The notes: a model not told the origin generated them from the sequence alone. Positions 19,188 to 29,685 are shown, counted from the first letter of the stretch. The stretch is 64,000 nt of DNA from Bacillales bacterium (GCA_016288795.1 JAEELI010000017.1:85856-149855), one strand, 5' to 3'. Translations and numbers: made by a program.

Positions 19188-19545
19188 AAATGCTTTAAAT
19201 AAATGCAAATATACAATGCAAGGATTAAAATACTGCTTTAGAAATGAATCTAGTTTTGTTTTAGTAGCATTTTGTGGCTGTTTAATTATAATCCTAGGAA
19301 TTTGTTTTGATATTTCATTTTTAGAATGGGTATTTTCTTTTGGAAGTATGGCTTTAATTATGATAATTGAACTATTAAACACTGCAATTGAAGCCACTGT
19401 AGACATGGTTACACAAGAGTATAATGAATATGCGAAAATTGCTAAGGATTGTGGTAGTGCAGCAACTGGATTAATGAGTATTTTATCTATTGTAGTTAAT
19501 CTAATAATTTTTATTCCATATATTATAAAATTCATAATAAAATAA
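19150..19545 (+). CDS. dgkA: diacylglycerol/undecaprenol kinase (DgkA family)
   Basis: 3-TM small kinase, position ybeY-dgkA-era conserved. Confidence 0.7.
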   Translation: MKMNEQKEVGLVRNALNKCKYTMQGLKYCFRNESSFVLVAFCGCLIIILGICFDISFLEWVFSFGSMALIMIIELLNTAIEATVDMVTQEYNEYAKIAKDCGSAATGLMSILSIVVNLIIFIPYIIKFIIK

Positions 19546-19564
19546 AAAATATCTATTACTGGGG

Positions 19565-20455
19565 ATGATTAAATTGAAGAGTGGTTTTGTTAGTATTGTT
19601 GGTAGACCAAATGTTGGTAAATCAACATTAATAAATTGTATAATTAATCGTAAAATTGCTATTACAAGTCCCGTTTCTGGAACAACAAGAAACTTAATCG
19701 AGGGCATATATAATGATAGTGATGTACAAATAATATTTGTTGATACCCCAGGAATATCTAAACCATTGAATAGATTAGGGAAAGTTTTAAATAAACAAGC
19801 ATATTCCCAAATGCAAGATGTAGATGCAATATTATTAGTAGTGGATATTGAGTCAGGGATTGGTAAAGGAGATAAATATCTAATGGATCAATTATTAGAT
19901 AATCATATCCCAGTTATATTAGTTATTAATAAAATAGATAAAGTATCAAATGAAACATTAATCATGGCAATAAATGAATTTAAAGATTATCATTTTGCCG
20001 AGATTGTTCCAGTATCAGCTTTAACTAATGACAATGTTGCTCACCTAATTAGAGTTATAACTAAATATTTAAAAGATGATGTGCAATATTATGATAAAGG
20101 AACTTGGACAAGTAACTCAGTTCCATTTATGGCATCTGAACTTGTTAGAGAAAAATTACTTCAAAATACTAATGAAGAAGTTCCTCATGCCATTACTTGT
20201 CATTGCACTAACATAGATTATAAAAAAGATATTATAAATATTAATGTAGATATAATTGTTGATAGACAAAATATCAAAAAAATAATTATTGGTCATAATG
20301 GGGAAATGTTAAAGAAAGTTGGAACTTTAGCAAGACAAGATTTAGAAAAAATGTTTGGTAAGAAAGTTTATCTAGAATTATATGTTAAAGTAATAGAAAA
20401 TTGGAAAGATAAAGAAAGATACTTAAAAGAGCTTGGCTTCTTTGATAATGAATAA
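19565..20455 (+). CDS. era: GTPase Era
   Basis: G1 GRPNVGKST, G3 DTPG, G4 NKID, C-terminal KH domain; 296 aa. Confidence 0.9.
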   Translation: MIKLKSGFVSIVGRPNVGKSTLINCIINRKIAITSPVSGTTRNLIEGIYNDSDVQIIFVDTPGISKPLNRLGKVLNKQAYSQMQDVDAILLVVDIESGIGKGDKYLMDQLLDNHIPVILVINKIDKVSNETLIMAINEFKDYHFAEIVPVSALTNDNVAHLIRVITKYLKDDVQYYDKGTWTSNSVPFMASELVREKLLQNTNEEVPHAITCHCTNIDYKKDIININVDIIVDRQNIKKIIIGHNGEMLKKVGTLARQDLEKMFGKKVYLELYVKVIENWKDKERYLKELGFFDNE

Positions 20456-20500
20456 AAAATTCATCACCTTCTCAATATATAAGTAGGAAGGTGATTTTTT

Positions 20501-20581
20501 ATGAATAAAAAAGAAGCTTGGGACAAGTTTAAAAAAACTGGTTCAATTATTGATTACTTAAACTATAAAAGAATAAAATAG
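20501..20581 (+). CDS. YqzL-like micro-protein (26 aa), not in ORF track
   Basis: MNKKEAWDKFKKTGSIIDYLNYKRIK resembles YqzL family (W..F..TGSID.YL) and sits between era and recO as yqzL does in Bacillus. Confidence 0.4.
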   Translation: MNKKEAWDKFKKTGSIIDYLNYKRIK

Positions 20582-20635
20582 ATTGTTGTTTAATAAAGGC
20601 ATTTATGCTATATTAAAAATATGTAAGGTGTCCAT

Positions 20636-21919
20636 ATGAAACGGAAATTAATTCTACTATTATTATTTTTATTAATTGGTATTTTTACATTTACTTTAGC
20701 ATTTGCTCCCAAACGTATTGAACTCTTTGGTAAGATTTTTTTATCTAATTCTACAGAGTTAAAATTGAATGATGTAAATGTTAATTCCATTTCTAATTTA
20801 ACTAAAGAATTGGTTAATTTTACGGATTTAAAAAAAGTTGATTTCGGTAAAAATTATATTAAAATTGATGATTACAATGAATTAATTAAAAAGTATCCTA
20901 AAGTCCATTTTAATGCTTTAAAAATTTATAATATTTATAATGAAGATATTAAAGAAGATGCTTTAGCTATAGATTTTAATAATACTAAAGTAGATGATAA
21001 ATTAATAGATTATTTAGTATTGTTTCCCAAATTAAAAAAAGTTAATTTATCTAATCAAGAACTATCTTTAGATGAAGAATTAGATTTAATGAATAGGTAT
21101 TCCAACATCGATTTTTTGTTTAATGTTCCCATTGGAAGCAAAAAAGTTTTATCTAACGTCTCCAAATTAGAATTAGAAAAAGAAACTATAGATGATGTTG
21201 ATTCATTTTATAAATCATTAAAAGTTTTATCTAAATTAACTTATTTAAAATTAGGGTATTCTAATTTAAGTAATGATGTCCTAGGGAAAATGCAAAAGGA
21301 TTTTCCTAACATAAAAATATCTTGGACAATTAAAATTGGAGTTTGGCATATTAATACTGATGATGTTGCATTTTCTGTGTTAATATCAAATTTTCCTTAT
21401 AAGAGATTAACTTCAGCAGATTTAGAATTTTTAAAATATTGCCCAGACTTACAAGCTTTAGATTTAGGACATCAAAGGATAACTGATTTAAATGTAATTG
21501 TTGATAACTTGCCAAATTTGAGAGTATTAATATTAGCTGATAATAAAATAAGTGATTTGACACCATTGAAAAAATTACAACATTTACATTATTTAGAACT
21601 ATTTATTAATGATATAACCGATATAAGTCCTTTGGAAGCTAATAAAGAACTAGTGGATGTTAATTTATGCTTTAATAGAATTACTTCTATCGAATCTTTA
21701 GAGAATTTACCAAAACTAGAAAGAGTTTGGTTAGTGGGAACCAGAGTTCCAGATAAAATAGCTAATGATTTTACTTATAGACATAAATCAATTGAATTAG
21801 TTCGGCATGGAATTGGTTCAACCGGAAATGGTTGGAGAACACATGAACGTTATGATAGTATGATAGATATGTTTCATAAGCGAAACTATATTAGTGAAAA
21901 CTTTAGTAAATTTGGTTAG
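20636..21919 (+). CDS. secreted leucine-rich-repeat (internalin-like LRR) protein
   Basis: signal peptide MKRKLILLLLFLLIGIFTFTLAFA; repeated LxxLxLxxNxIxDLxPL units (LQALDLGHQRITDLN..LRVLILADNKISDLTPL..). Confidence 0.6.
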   Translation: MKRKLILLLLFLLIGIFTFTLAFAPKRIELFGKIFLSNSTELKLNDVNVNSISNLTKELVNFTDLKKVDFGKNYIKIDDYNELIKKYPKVHFNALKIYNIYNEDIKEDALAIDFNNTKVDDKLIDYLVLFPKLKKVNLSNQELSLDEELDLMNRYSNIDFLFNVPIGSKKVLSNVSKLELEKETIDDVDSFYKSLKVLSKLTYLKLGYSNLSNDVLGKMQKDFPNIKISWTIKIGVWHINTDDVAFSVLISNFPYKRLTSADLEFLKYCPDLQALDLGHQRITDLNVIVDNLPNLRVLILADNKISDLTPLKKLQHLHYLELFINDITDISPLEANKELVDVNLCFNRITSIESLENLPKLERVWLVGTRVPDKIANDFTYRHKSIELVRHGIGSTGNGWRTHERYDSMIDMFHKRNYISENFSKFG

Positions 21920-21928
21920 GGTGGTTTT

Positions 21929-22660
21929 ATGATTACAAAAGTAGAAGGGATAATTCTTACAGAAACAAAGTATGGTGAAACGTCGAAAATAATTAATGTT
22001 TTAACTAAAGAACGTGGTTTAATAGGCATAATGGCTAAAGGCGTTTTAGGTGCTAAGTCGAAGTTAAGAGGAGTAACTAATAAACTTTGTTATGGAACAT
22101 TTAATATTTATTATAAAGAAGATAAATTATCGACATTAGTTTCTGTAGACATTATCAATCATTTTAAAAATATAATGAAAGATATTGTTTTAATTAGTTA
22201 TGCATCTTATTTAAGTGAACTTGTTAATCAAGTTCTAAAGCAAACCAATAATAATGATATTTATGATGATTTTATTAATAGTTTATTAAAAATAGAAGAG
22301 GGATTAAATCCCATGGTAATAACTAATATTTTAGAAGTAAAACTATTAGATTATTTAGGAGTTGGTCTTAATTTAACTGGATGTACAATATGTGGTAGCA
22401 AAAAAGATATAGTTACATTATCTAGTGAAAAAGGTGGTTTAATATGTAAAAATTGTTACCAAGGAGAAAGAATATTACCAATAAGTTATGTAAAAATATT
22501 AAATATGTATTACTTAGTAGATATTAAAAGTATATCTACATTAGCATTAAAAGATAATATAATAAAAGAGATAAATAATTTTATAAATAGTTACTATGAT
22601 GATTATACAGGATTATATTTAAAGAGCAAAGATTTTCTAAAAACTATTGAGAAATTATAG
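21929..22660 (+). CDS. recO: DNA repair protein RecO
   Basis: OB-fold N-term and CxxC...CxxC zinc finger (CTICGSKK..ICKNC), 243 aa, era-recO synteny. Confidence 0.8.
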   Translation: MITKVEGIILTETKYGETSKIINVLTKERGLIGIMAKGVLGAKSKLRGVTNKLCYGTFNIYYKEDKLSTLVSVDIINHFKNIMKDIVLISYASYLSELVNQVLKQTNNNDIYDDFINSLLKIEEGLNPMVITNILEVKLLDYLGVGLNLTGCTICGSKKDIVTLSSEKGGLICKNCYQGERILPISYVKILNMYYLVDIKSISTLALKDNIIKEINNFINSYYDDYTGLYLKSKDFLKTIEKL

Positions 22661-22750
22661 AAAGAGTATTAGTGGTGAGTACTATTAAGATTAAGTATTA
22701 ATTTGCTAATTAATACTTTTTATTTTATACTATACTTAGGGTGATAAATA

Positions 22751-23392
22751 ATGGCTGATATGGTATTCAAGTATAGTGCAATGAATGGTGGAAAAACATT
22801 AAATATATTGCAAACTATATATAGTTATGAAGAGAATAACTTTAAGGTAGTCTTAATTAAATCTATTAAAGATACTAAAGGGAAAGATAGTGTTTTATCT
22901 AGAAATGGTATGAGTAGAAAAGTTGATATACTGTTAAAAGAAGATGAATCTTTATTAACTGAAAAAAATTATAAAAAATACTATACCGCCAAAGTTATTT
23001 TGATTGATGAGGTTGAGTTATTGAGCAAAGAACAAGTAAAAGAATTGTGGACAATATCTCATTTAATAAATATTCCAATTATTTGTTATGGATTAAAGAG
23101 CAATTTTAAAGGTGAGATATTTGGTGATGGAATATCTCAAATATTTGCTATGGCTGATCACATAGAAGAAATAGGAAGTAGTAGTCTTTGTTCATGTGGT
23201 AAAAAAGCAATCTTTAATGCAAGAAAAGAAAATGATAAATGGCAAGATGTTGGACCAGATATTGTAATAGATGATGGAAAAAACAAAAATATTTGCTATG
23301 TTCCTTTATGTTCTGATTGTTACCTAAAATATGTTAAAATAAGTTCTCCAGAAACAAAAAAATTAGCAAATTTAGTTGAAAAAATAAGATAG
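22751..23392 (+). CDS. tdk: thymidine kinase-like protein with divergent P-loop
   Basis: TK-like layout: P-loop-like SAMNGGKT, VILIDEVELL (cf. IDEAQFF), C-terminal zinc ribbon CSCG...CSDCY. Confidence 0.5.
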   Translation: MADMVFKYSAMNGGKTLNILQTIYSYEENNFKVVLIKSIKDTKGKDSVLSRNGMSRKVDILLKEDESLLTEKNYKKYYTAKVILIDEVELLSKEQVKELWTISHLINIPIICYGLKSNFKGEIFGDGISQIFAMADHIEEIGSSSLCSCGKKAIFNARKENDKWQDVGPDIVIDDGKNKNICYVPLCSDCYLKYVKISSPETKKLANLVEKIR

Positions 23393-23395
23393 GTA

Positions 23396-23540
23396 ATATA
23401 TAATTTTTATATAAAAGTGATGACGGGGGTGGAATCCCAGAGCTATATAGTAAATGAGATTCTTCTAAGAATAATTAGGGTGGAACCGTGGTTATATATC
23501 ACCCCTAGAGATTTTTAGAAGTTTTTTCTTTAAAGGAGAG
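23396..23540 (+). promoter_or_regulatory. T-box riboswitch leader of glyQS
   Basis: T-box sequence AATTAGGGTGGAACCGTGG at ~23473-23491 followed by terminator/U-tract. Confidence 0.7.
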
Positions 23541-23545
23541 ATATT

Positions 23546-24922
23546 ATGGAAAAATTAACAATGGATGAATTGGTAAATTATTGCAAGCAATATGGATTTA
23601 TTTACCAAGGTAGTGAAATATATGGAGGACTTGCTAATGCTTGGGACTATGGTCCTTTGGGAAGTTTATTAAAACAAAATATTAAAAATGCTTGGTGGAA
23701 AAAATTCATTCAAGAATGTTCATATAATTACGGATTAGATTCAGCGATACTTATGAATCCTAAAGTATGGGTTGCTTCAGGACATGTAGCGTCATTTTCT
23801 GATCCTTTAATTGATTGCAAACATTGTAAGAGTCGTTTTAGAGCAGATAATTTAATTGCAGACGCTACTAAGGGTAGCATCAATGGAGATGGACTAAGTT
23901 CTGATGAATTAGTTGAGTTAATTAAGGAAAAAGATATTAAATGTCCTAAATGTGGTAATAAAGATTGGACTGGAATAAGAAAATTTAATTTATTATTTGA
24001 AACATATCAAGGAGTAACTGAAGATGCTAAGAATAAAGTGTATCTTCGTGGAGAAACAGCCCAAGGAATTTTTGTTAATTTTAAGAATGTTGAAAGAAGT
24101 ATGAGAGCAAAAATTCCATTCGGAATAGGACAATATGGTAAAAGTTTCCGTAATGAAATAACTCCAGGTAATTTTATATTTAGAACTAGAGAATTTGAAC
24201 AAATGGAATTAGAGTTCTTCTGTTTGCCAGGAACTGATTTGGAATGGTTTGGTTTTTGGAGAGCTTATTGTTTAGATTTTTTGAAATTATTAGGAATTAA
24301 TAAAGATAATTTAAGATTTAGAGATCATAAAAAAGAAGAATTATCATTCTATAGCAATGCTACTACTGATATAGAGTATAATTTTCCGTTTGGATGGGGA
24401 GAACTATGGGGAATAGCAGATAGAACTGATTATGACCTTGGGGTTCATATGGAATCTTCTGGCGAAGATTTAAGAGTTATTAATCCAGAAACTAACGAAA
24501 AGTATTTACCTTATGTTATTGAACCCTCTGTGGGAGTAGATCGTCTTCTACTAACAGCTATATGTGATGCTTACTCTAAAGAACTAGTAGATGATGAAGA
24601 AAGAGTAGTTTTAAAAATAAAACCATATCTTGCTCCAATTAAAGTTACTGTGCTACCTTTAATTAAAAAGATTCATGGTGAAAAAGCTTATGAATTATAT
24701 GAAACATTAACTAAATATTTCTCATGTAGTTATGATGATGCAGGTAGTATAGGAAAACGATATAGAAGAAGTGATGCGGTCGGAACACCTTGGACTATTA
24801 CAGTTGATGATGAGACTTTAAACAATAATGTAGTAACAATTAGAGATAGAGACACAATGAAACAAATATCTCTAAATATTAATGAAATAAAAGATTATGT
24901 TGAGTCAAAAATAGTCTTGTAA
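23546..24922 (+). CDS. glyQS: glycyl-tRNA synthetase (alpha2 type)
   Basis: class II aaRS motifs, 458 aa, zinc-ribbon insertion, T-box upstream. Confidence 0.9.
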   Translation: MEKLTMDELVNYCKQYGFIYQGSEIYGGLANAWDYGPLGSLLKQNIKNAWWKKFIQECSYNYGLDSAILMNPKVWVASGHVASFSDPLIDCKHCKSRFRADNLIADATKGSINGDGLSSDELVELIKEKDIKCPKCGNKDWTGIRKFNLLFETYQGVTEDAKNKVYLRGETAQGIFVNFKNVERSMRAKIPFGIGQYGKSFRNEITPGNFIFRTREFEQMELEFFCLPGTDLEWFGFWRAYCLDFLKLLGINKDNLRFRDHKKEELSFYSNATTDIEYNFPFGWGELWGIADRTDYDLGVHMESSGEDLRVINPETNEKYLPYVIEPSVGVDRLLLTAICDAYSKELVDDEERVVLKIKPYLAPIKVTVLPLIKKIHGEKAYELYETLTKYFSCSYDDAGSIGKRYRRSDAVGTPWTITVDDETLNNNVVTIRDRDTMKQISLNINEIKDYVESKIVL

Positions 24923-24971
24923 AAAACAACTTTATTTGATATTATTAAGTAGTAATCTAGGAGGAATAAAA

Positions 24972-25382
24972 ATGGCGCTAGGAAAGATAAAAAAATGGTT
25001 AAAAGAAGATGAAGATGCTGATGTAGTTGGAACTGAAGACGAATTTTATTCAGTTTCATCAGAAACTGCACTAAAAGAGGCAGATAAAGTTGGTAATCAA
25101 ATGATTCTATTAGAACCAAGAAGTTTTTCAGAAGCTCAAGCCATTGCTGATCATTTAAAAAGTCGTAATAGTGTAGTTGTTAACTTAAAAAGAGTAACAA
25201 GTGCCCAAGCAAAAAGAATAATTGACTTTTTAAGTGGATGTATATATGCAATTGGGGGAAATATGCAAAAGATTGGTGTGGGTATATATTTGTGTACACC
25301 TAAGAATGTTAATGTTCAAGGTAAAATAACAGATGATAATGATAAAGCTAAAGCAGGAGCAGAAGACGAATTAGAGTGGTAA
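24972..25382 (+). CDS. sepF: cell division protein SepF
   Basis: start at MALGKIKKW after AGGAGG RBS; conserved SepF C-terminal core (RSFSEAQAIADHLKSRNSVVVNL). Confidence 0.7.
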   Translation: MALGKIKKWLKEDEDADVVGTEDEFYSVSSETALKEADKVGNQMILLEPRSFSEAQAIADHLKSRNSVVVNLKRVTSAQAKRIIDFLSGCIYAIGGNMQKIGVGIYLCTPKNVNVQGKITDDNDKAKAGAEDELEW

Positions 25383-25402
25383 AAGAAACGGTTGTGATAT
25401 AA

Positions 25403-25828
25403 GTGAGAAAATTTAATAATGGTTTTCCAGGTTATAATAAAAATGAAGTAAATTCTTTTGTTAAAAATGTTACAACTGAATATGAAAGTATGCTAGAAAA
25501 GCTTAAAGTTCGTGATAAAGAAATAGAAAATTTAAGAAAGGAATTAGAGCATTATAAAGATTTGGAAAGCACTTTAAATAGAGCTATTTTAATCGCTGAA
25601 GAATCTTCTCATAGCATTAAAAAGACTGCATTTGATGAGTCTAGATTAATAATAGAAGATGCTAAAAAGAATGCTTCTCGTATATTAAATAATGCTTTAA
25701 TTAAAGCAGAAAAGATAGAAAATGAATCTAATTTATTAAAAAGAAAAGTTATTCAATATAAAAAGAGATATAAAAGTATATTAGAAGAACAATTAGATGA
25801 AATAGAAAGATTAGATGTTGAAAATTAG
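25403..25828 (+). CDS. DivIVA-domain protein
   Basis: GTG start; N-terminal FPGYNKNEVNSFV (DivIVA F..GY...EV..F motif) and coiled-coil. Confidence 0.6.
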   Translation: MRKFNNGFPGYNKNEVNSFVKNVTTEYESMLEKLKVRDKEIENLRKELEHYKDLESTLNRAILIAEESSHSIKKTAFDESRLIIEDAKKNASRILNNALIKAEKIENESNLLKRKVIQYKKRYKSILEEQLDEIERLDVEN

Positions 25829-25909
25829 TGTAGGTAACTGCACTTTTTCTTTACTATGTTTTTAAATAATAGTATACTTTATTTAGAGTGTTAAATATTG
25901 GAGGTTTAA

Positions 25910-26698
25910 ATGAAAGTAAGAATTATTAGTGCTTTTATAGCGATTTTAATCTTGATTCCTTTTGTTTATATTGGGGGACTACCTTTTCTATTTATTATAA
26001 GTATAATAGGTATTCAAGCATACAAAGAAATGTTAGATTTAAAGGTTGCTCATCAGGAAATTCCTAATATAGCTAGATTTCTAGGTTTAGTGGCACTTTT
26101 ATATTTAATTATGAGCAATTATAATGGGCTTTTAATCCCTCAAGTGCTTAGTTTTTCTAAAGTATTAATACCAATACTTTTAGTTTTATTACCTACAGTA
26201 TTTTATGATAAAAATAAATATACGACACAAGATGCATTATATATGCTTGGTTTTATTTACCTTATTGGTTTTTTCTTTAATTTAATTGTAACTATTCGTA
26301 ATAATAACTTATATTTATTACTATATTTATTATGTATAGCTGTTATGACAGATACATTTGCATATTCTATAGGTAGTTTAATAGGCAAACATAAGATGTC
26401 ATTAATAAGCCCAAATAAATCTTGGGAAGGTTCAATAGCAGGATTAATTGGAGGAACAATCACATCTTTAATAGTGTATCAAACTTTAATAAATCCAATT
26501 AGCATAAAAATAGTTATTGTCACAATAGTTTTATCCGTAGTAGGTCAATTGGGAGATCTATTCTTTAGCAAGATAAAAAGAGAAAATGACATAAAAGATT
26601 TTTCTAATATTATGCCTGGTCATGGTGGAATATTAGACCGTATTGATAGTTTATCATTTATTACATTTGCTTATGTAGCAATCATGTGGTTTATTTAA
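25910..26698 (+). CDS. cdsA: phosphatidate cytidylyltransferase
   Basis: multi-TM, C-terminal CTP-transferase signature region SKIKRENDIKDFSNIMPGHGGILDRIDS. Confidence 0.8.
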   Translation: MKVRIISAFIAILILIPFVYIGGLPFLFIISIIGIQAYKEMLDLKVAHQEIPNIARFLGLVALLYLIMSNYNGLLIPQVLSFSKVLIPILLVLLPTVFYDKNKYTTQDALYMLGFIYLIGFFFNLIVTIRNNNLYLLLYLLCIAVMTDTFAYSIGSLIGKHKMSLISPNKSWEGSIAGLIGGTITSLIVYQTLINPISIKIVIVTIVLSVVGQLGDLFFSKIKRENDIKDFSNIMPGHGGILDRIDSLSFITFAYVAIMWFI

Positions 26699-26711
26699 GG
26701 AGATTGATAAT

Positions 26712-27755
26712 ATGTGGTTTTTAACATTATTATTATTTATATTTATTTTAGGAATAATAGTTTTAGTTCACGAAGTAGGACATTTTTTATGGGCTAAAAA
26801 ATTTGGCGTATTTATTTATGAGTTTTCTATAGGTATGGGACCAAAGATATGGACTAAAAAAGGAAAAGATGGAATCAATTATAACATTAGAGCATTGCCA
26901 ATAGGAGGCTTTGTTGCAATGGCTGGTGAAGTCTATGAAGATGATAAGGAAGTTCCTAAAGAAAGATGCCTATGTAATAAACCAGTATGGCAAAGAATTA
27001 TTGTTATGGCTGCTGGAGTTATAAATAACTTTATATTAGCCATTATTTTATTATTTGTTTTTGGTATTTGGAATAGCACAACTTTTGATACTAAAATAAA
27101 TGTTATGAAAGATTATCCAATGGCTGAAGCTGGTATTGTTAATGGTGATAGAATTGTTGCAATTAACAATCATAAAGTTCACAATTGGGATGAAGCTCAA
27201 ATAATTTTATATTATAAGAATAAAAGTGAGAATTATAATTTTAAAATTAAACATAAAGATGGCTCAGTTGAAGATTATAAAATAACTCCTAAAGAAGAAG
27301 AGGATGCTAAGGGTAATAAAGTAAAAGTATTTGGTATAGTTGTTAAACAAGAAAAAACAAAAGGATTATGGAATAAAATAAAGTTTGCGTTCCAAAAGTT
27401 TTGGTCAATTGTTAATGTTATGTGGTTAACGATAGTAGGTTTAATAACAGGCAAAATATCAGTATCGGCATTATCTGGCCCTGTAGGAATATATTCAGTA
27501 GTTGGTCAAAGTATGAAATATGGATTATTAAATGTTATTTATTTAGTTTCATACCTATCAATTAATGTTGGAGTAATAAATATATTACCATTCCCAGCAT
27601 TTGATGGTGGTAGAATATTCTTCCTAATAATAGAGAAAATTAAAGGAAGTCCAGTTAATCAAAAATTTGAGAATTGGTGTCATACAATTGGATTTATATT
27701 ATTAATGTTATTAATCCTATATGTAACAATTCATGATGTTATAAATTTATTTTAG
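26712..27755 (+). CDS. rseP: RIP site-2 zinc metalloprotease (RseP/RasP family) with PDZ domain
   Basis: HEVGHF zinc motif in TM1, PDZ region, cdsA-rseP synteny. Confidence 0.8.
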   Translation: MWFLTLLLFIFILGIIVLVHEVGHFLWAKKFGVFIYEFSIGMGPKIWTKKGKDGINYNIRALPIGGFVAMAGEVYEDDKEVPKERCLCNKPVWQRIIVMAAGVINNFILAIILLFVFGIWNSTTFDTKINVMKDYPMAEAGIVNGDRIVAINNHKVHNWDEAQIILYYKNKSENYNFKIKHKDGSVEDYKITPKEEEDAKGNKVKVFGIVVKQEKTKGLWNKIKFAFQKFWSIVNVMWLTIVGLITGKISVSALSGPVGIYSVVGQSMKYGLLNVIYLVSYLSINVGVINILPFPAFDGGRIFFLIIEKIKGSPVNQKFENWCHTIGFILLMLLILYVTIHDVINLF

Positions 27756-27773
27756 TTATGTTATAATAAAGGT

Positions 27774-27850
27774 GTTCTTGTAGCTTAGTTGGATAAAGCG
27801 GATGCCTCCGACGCATCAGATTGAGGGTTCAAATCCCTCCAAGAACACCA
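27774..27850 (+). tRNA. tRNA-Arg (anticodon CCG), CCA encoded
   Basis: cloverleaf folded by hand: acceptor GTTCTTG/CAAGAAC, D-stem GCTT/AAGC, anticodon stem GATGC/GCATC with loop CTCCGAC, T-arm GAGGG-TTCAAAT-CCCTC. Confidence 0.85.
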
Positions 27851-27868
27851 TTTTTATTGGGAGGGTTT

Positions 27869-29668
27869 ATGGATAACGAAAAAAAATTAAAAATAGTTGA
27901 AAGCATTAAAAAGGGAAGTAACATCCTGTTGGAAGAATATAAGATTAGTGAGTCGGATTTATTGGATATATCTAATATTCTTTTACAAGATAGTAATTTT
28001 GAAGTTAAAGAATTAATAGATATTATATTGAATAATCCAATAGGAGAAAATTGTGATTGGAATATTGGTAGCCTTTTACAACACTTTGATTATAGTGAAA
28101 TAGTTGAGGCATTATTAAATGTTAAACCAAACAAAAGAGGATACTTATATGATTCTATAGGATTTTGTTGGGCAATGGGTGAATGTCCATACAAGGATGA
28201 TGAGGTTATCCAATTTTTATATGAGGTTATATATAATAGTAGAAATCCAGAAGCTTGGTGGAGAGCTGGATTTGCTTTGGAAAAGATAACTGGAAAAAAT
28301 GCAATTAATAATTTAAAAAGAAGTTTAAAAAATAATGAAACTATTTCGCTTCAGGAAAGTTTGAAAGATTTATCAAATAAAAAGAACATAATTAATATAC
28401 TTTTAAAATCTAATAGTAGTGCTATTAAAGATGAAGTTTATCCAGCATTAAAAGAAAAGTTTAATGAATCAACTACTGAAAAAGAACTTATAAATATAAT
28501 ATGGTTACTAGGAAGATTACGCTTGTATGATAGAGAGATGTTAGAAAAATCGATGCAATTATTAGATACCACCAAGAGTTACGAAATGAAATATTATATT
28601 TTACAAGCAATGATTGATGATCCGAAAAATATGTATTTGGAGCATTTTAAAAAATACCTTTATTCTGATGATAAATTAATTAAAAAGATGGCTATTGCTG
28701 GTATAGGAGAAATTGGAACTAGCATTGAAGCAATGGAATTAGAAAAAGCATTAGAAACAGAGAGTGATCCTTCAGTTGTCTCTTCATTGACCAAAGCTAT
28801 TTACATGATTAAAGGAAATTATTTTAATGAAAGAAACAATTATATTCGAAAATATATGGTTAATGAGAATGGATTAATCGGTGATGATTCAGATAAATGG
28901 TATGCTGATGCATCAATTTACAATTTGTTTTCTGAAGCCGAAGATCCACAAAATTTATGCTTTTCAATGATTTTTAAAAGAATATTACAAAGCAAATTAG
29001 AAATTAACAATCCTATAGATTTAGCAACTGGAACTGGTCGTGCAGCCAAATATGTACTAAATAATATTCCATATACAGGAACGCTATATGCTGTAGATTA
29101 TAGTCAACAAATGTTGGATTATTTTGAGAGAACCATAAATAGACAAAAGTATTATGTTAAAAGTATAGAGTTAGTTCATTCAAAGATACAAGATTTTAAA
29201 TTGCCAAATTATGAAAAGTCATCATTTATTATTAGTTCTTTTGGGTTCCCAAGTAAAATAACTGACGAAGAAAGATGCTTTGAAGAATTAAATAACGTAT
29301 ATGAACTACTTTCTGATGAAGGAGTATTTGTCACTTTAGGATGGGACGAAACGTTTAATGATGACTTAAATAATATGTGGTATAAGTATATCCCTGATAA
29401 TATAAAAGCTTCTAATTTTGAAGAATGGAGAAGGGCAAGGGAGAGTCTAATTAAGACGCCAAGAAATTGTGATTTAACTTGGTATAGAACTAATATAAGA
29501 GTTCCTTTATTATATGATACTTTAGAAGAAACAATTAATGTAATGGGACATTTGTTTGGAAGAGATGCTGCTATAGAAATATTGAATAATAAAAAAACCA
29601 TGTGGTGGATGTCTTTAGGTATTACTTGGGATACCAAAGAGAGTTTGGCTAGAGCGTTAAAGAAGTAG
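27869..29668 (+). CDS. fusion protein: N-terminal alpha-helical (HEAT-like) repeat region + C-terminal class I SAM-dependent methyltransferase
   Basis: start moved to MDNEKK (GGAGGG RBS) because track start overlaps the tRNA; MTase motif I-like IDLATGTGRAAKYV and post-I acidic AVDYSQQML. Confidence 0.5.
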   Translation: MDNEKKLKIVESIKKGSNILLEEYKISESDLLDISNILLQDSNFEVKELIDIILNNPIGENCDWNIGSLLQHFDYSEIVEALLNVKPNKRGYLYDSIGFCWAMGECPYKDDEVIQFLYEVIYNSRNPEAWWRAGFALEKITGKNAINNLKRSLKNNETISLQESLKDLSNKKNIINILLKSNSSAIKDEVYPALKEKFNESTTEKELINIIWLLGRLRLYDREMLEKSMQLLDTTKSYEMKYYILQAMIDDPKNMYLEHFKKYLYSDDKLIKKMAIAGIGEIGTSIEAMELEKALETESDPSVVSSLTKAIYMIKGNYFNERNNYIRKYMVNENGLIGDDSDKWYADASIYNLFSEAEDPQNLCFSMIFKRILQSKLEINNPIDLATGTGRAAKYVLNNIPYTGTLYAVDYSQQMLDYFERTINRQKYYVKSIELVHSKIQDFKLPNYEKSSFIISSFGFPSKITDEERCFEELNNVYELLSDEGVFVTLGWDETFNDDLNNMWYKYIPDNIKASNFEEWRRARESLIKTPRNCDLTWYRTNIRVPLLYDTLEETINVMGHLFGRDAAIEILNNKKTMWWMSLGITWDTKESLARALKK

Positions 29669-29685
29669 GTTAAAAAGAGGTAAAT

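Noticed and set aside
19150-19215. Alternative dgkA start at internal MQGLKY (19216) to avoid 38-nt overlap with ybeY
   Set aside because: The upstream ATG at 19150 has a GGAG RBS at proper spacing whereas 19216 has none; overlap of ybeY-dgkA is common.
24936-24971. Track start of sepF at MILLSSNLGGIK
   Set aside because: AGGAGG RBS sits immediately before the ATG at 24972 (MALGKIKKW), matching SepF N-termini.
27821-27868. Track start of the 615-aa ORF (MRVQIPPRTPF...)
   Set aside because: These codons lie inside the tRNA-Arg gene; a proper RBS (GGAGGG) precedes the ATG at 27869.
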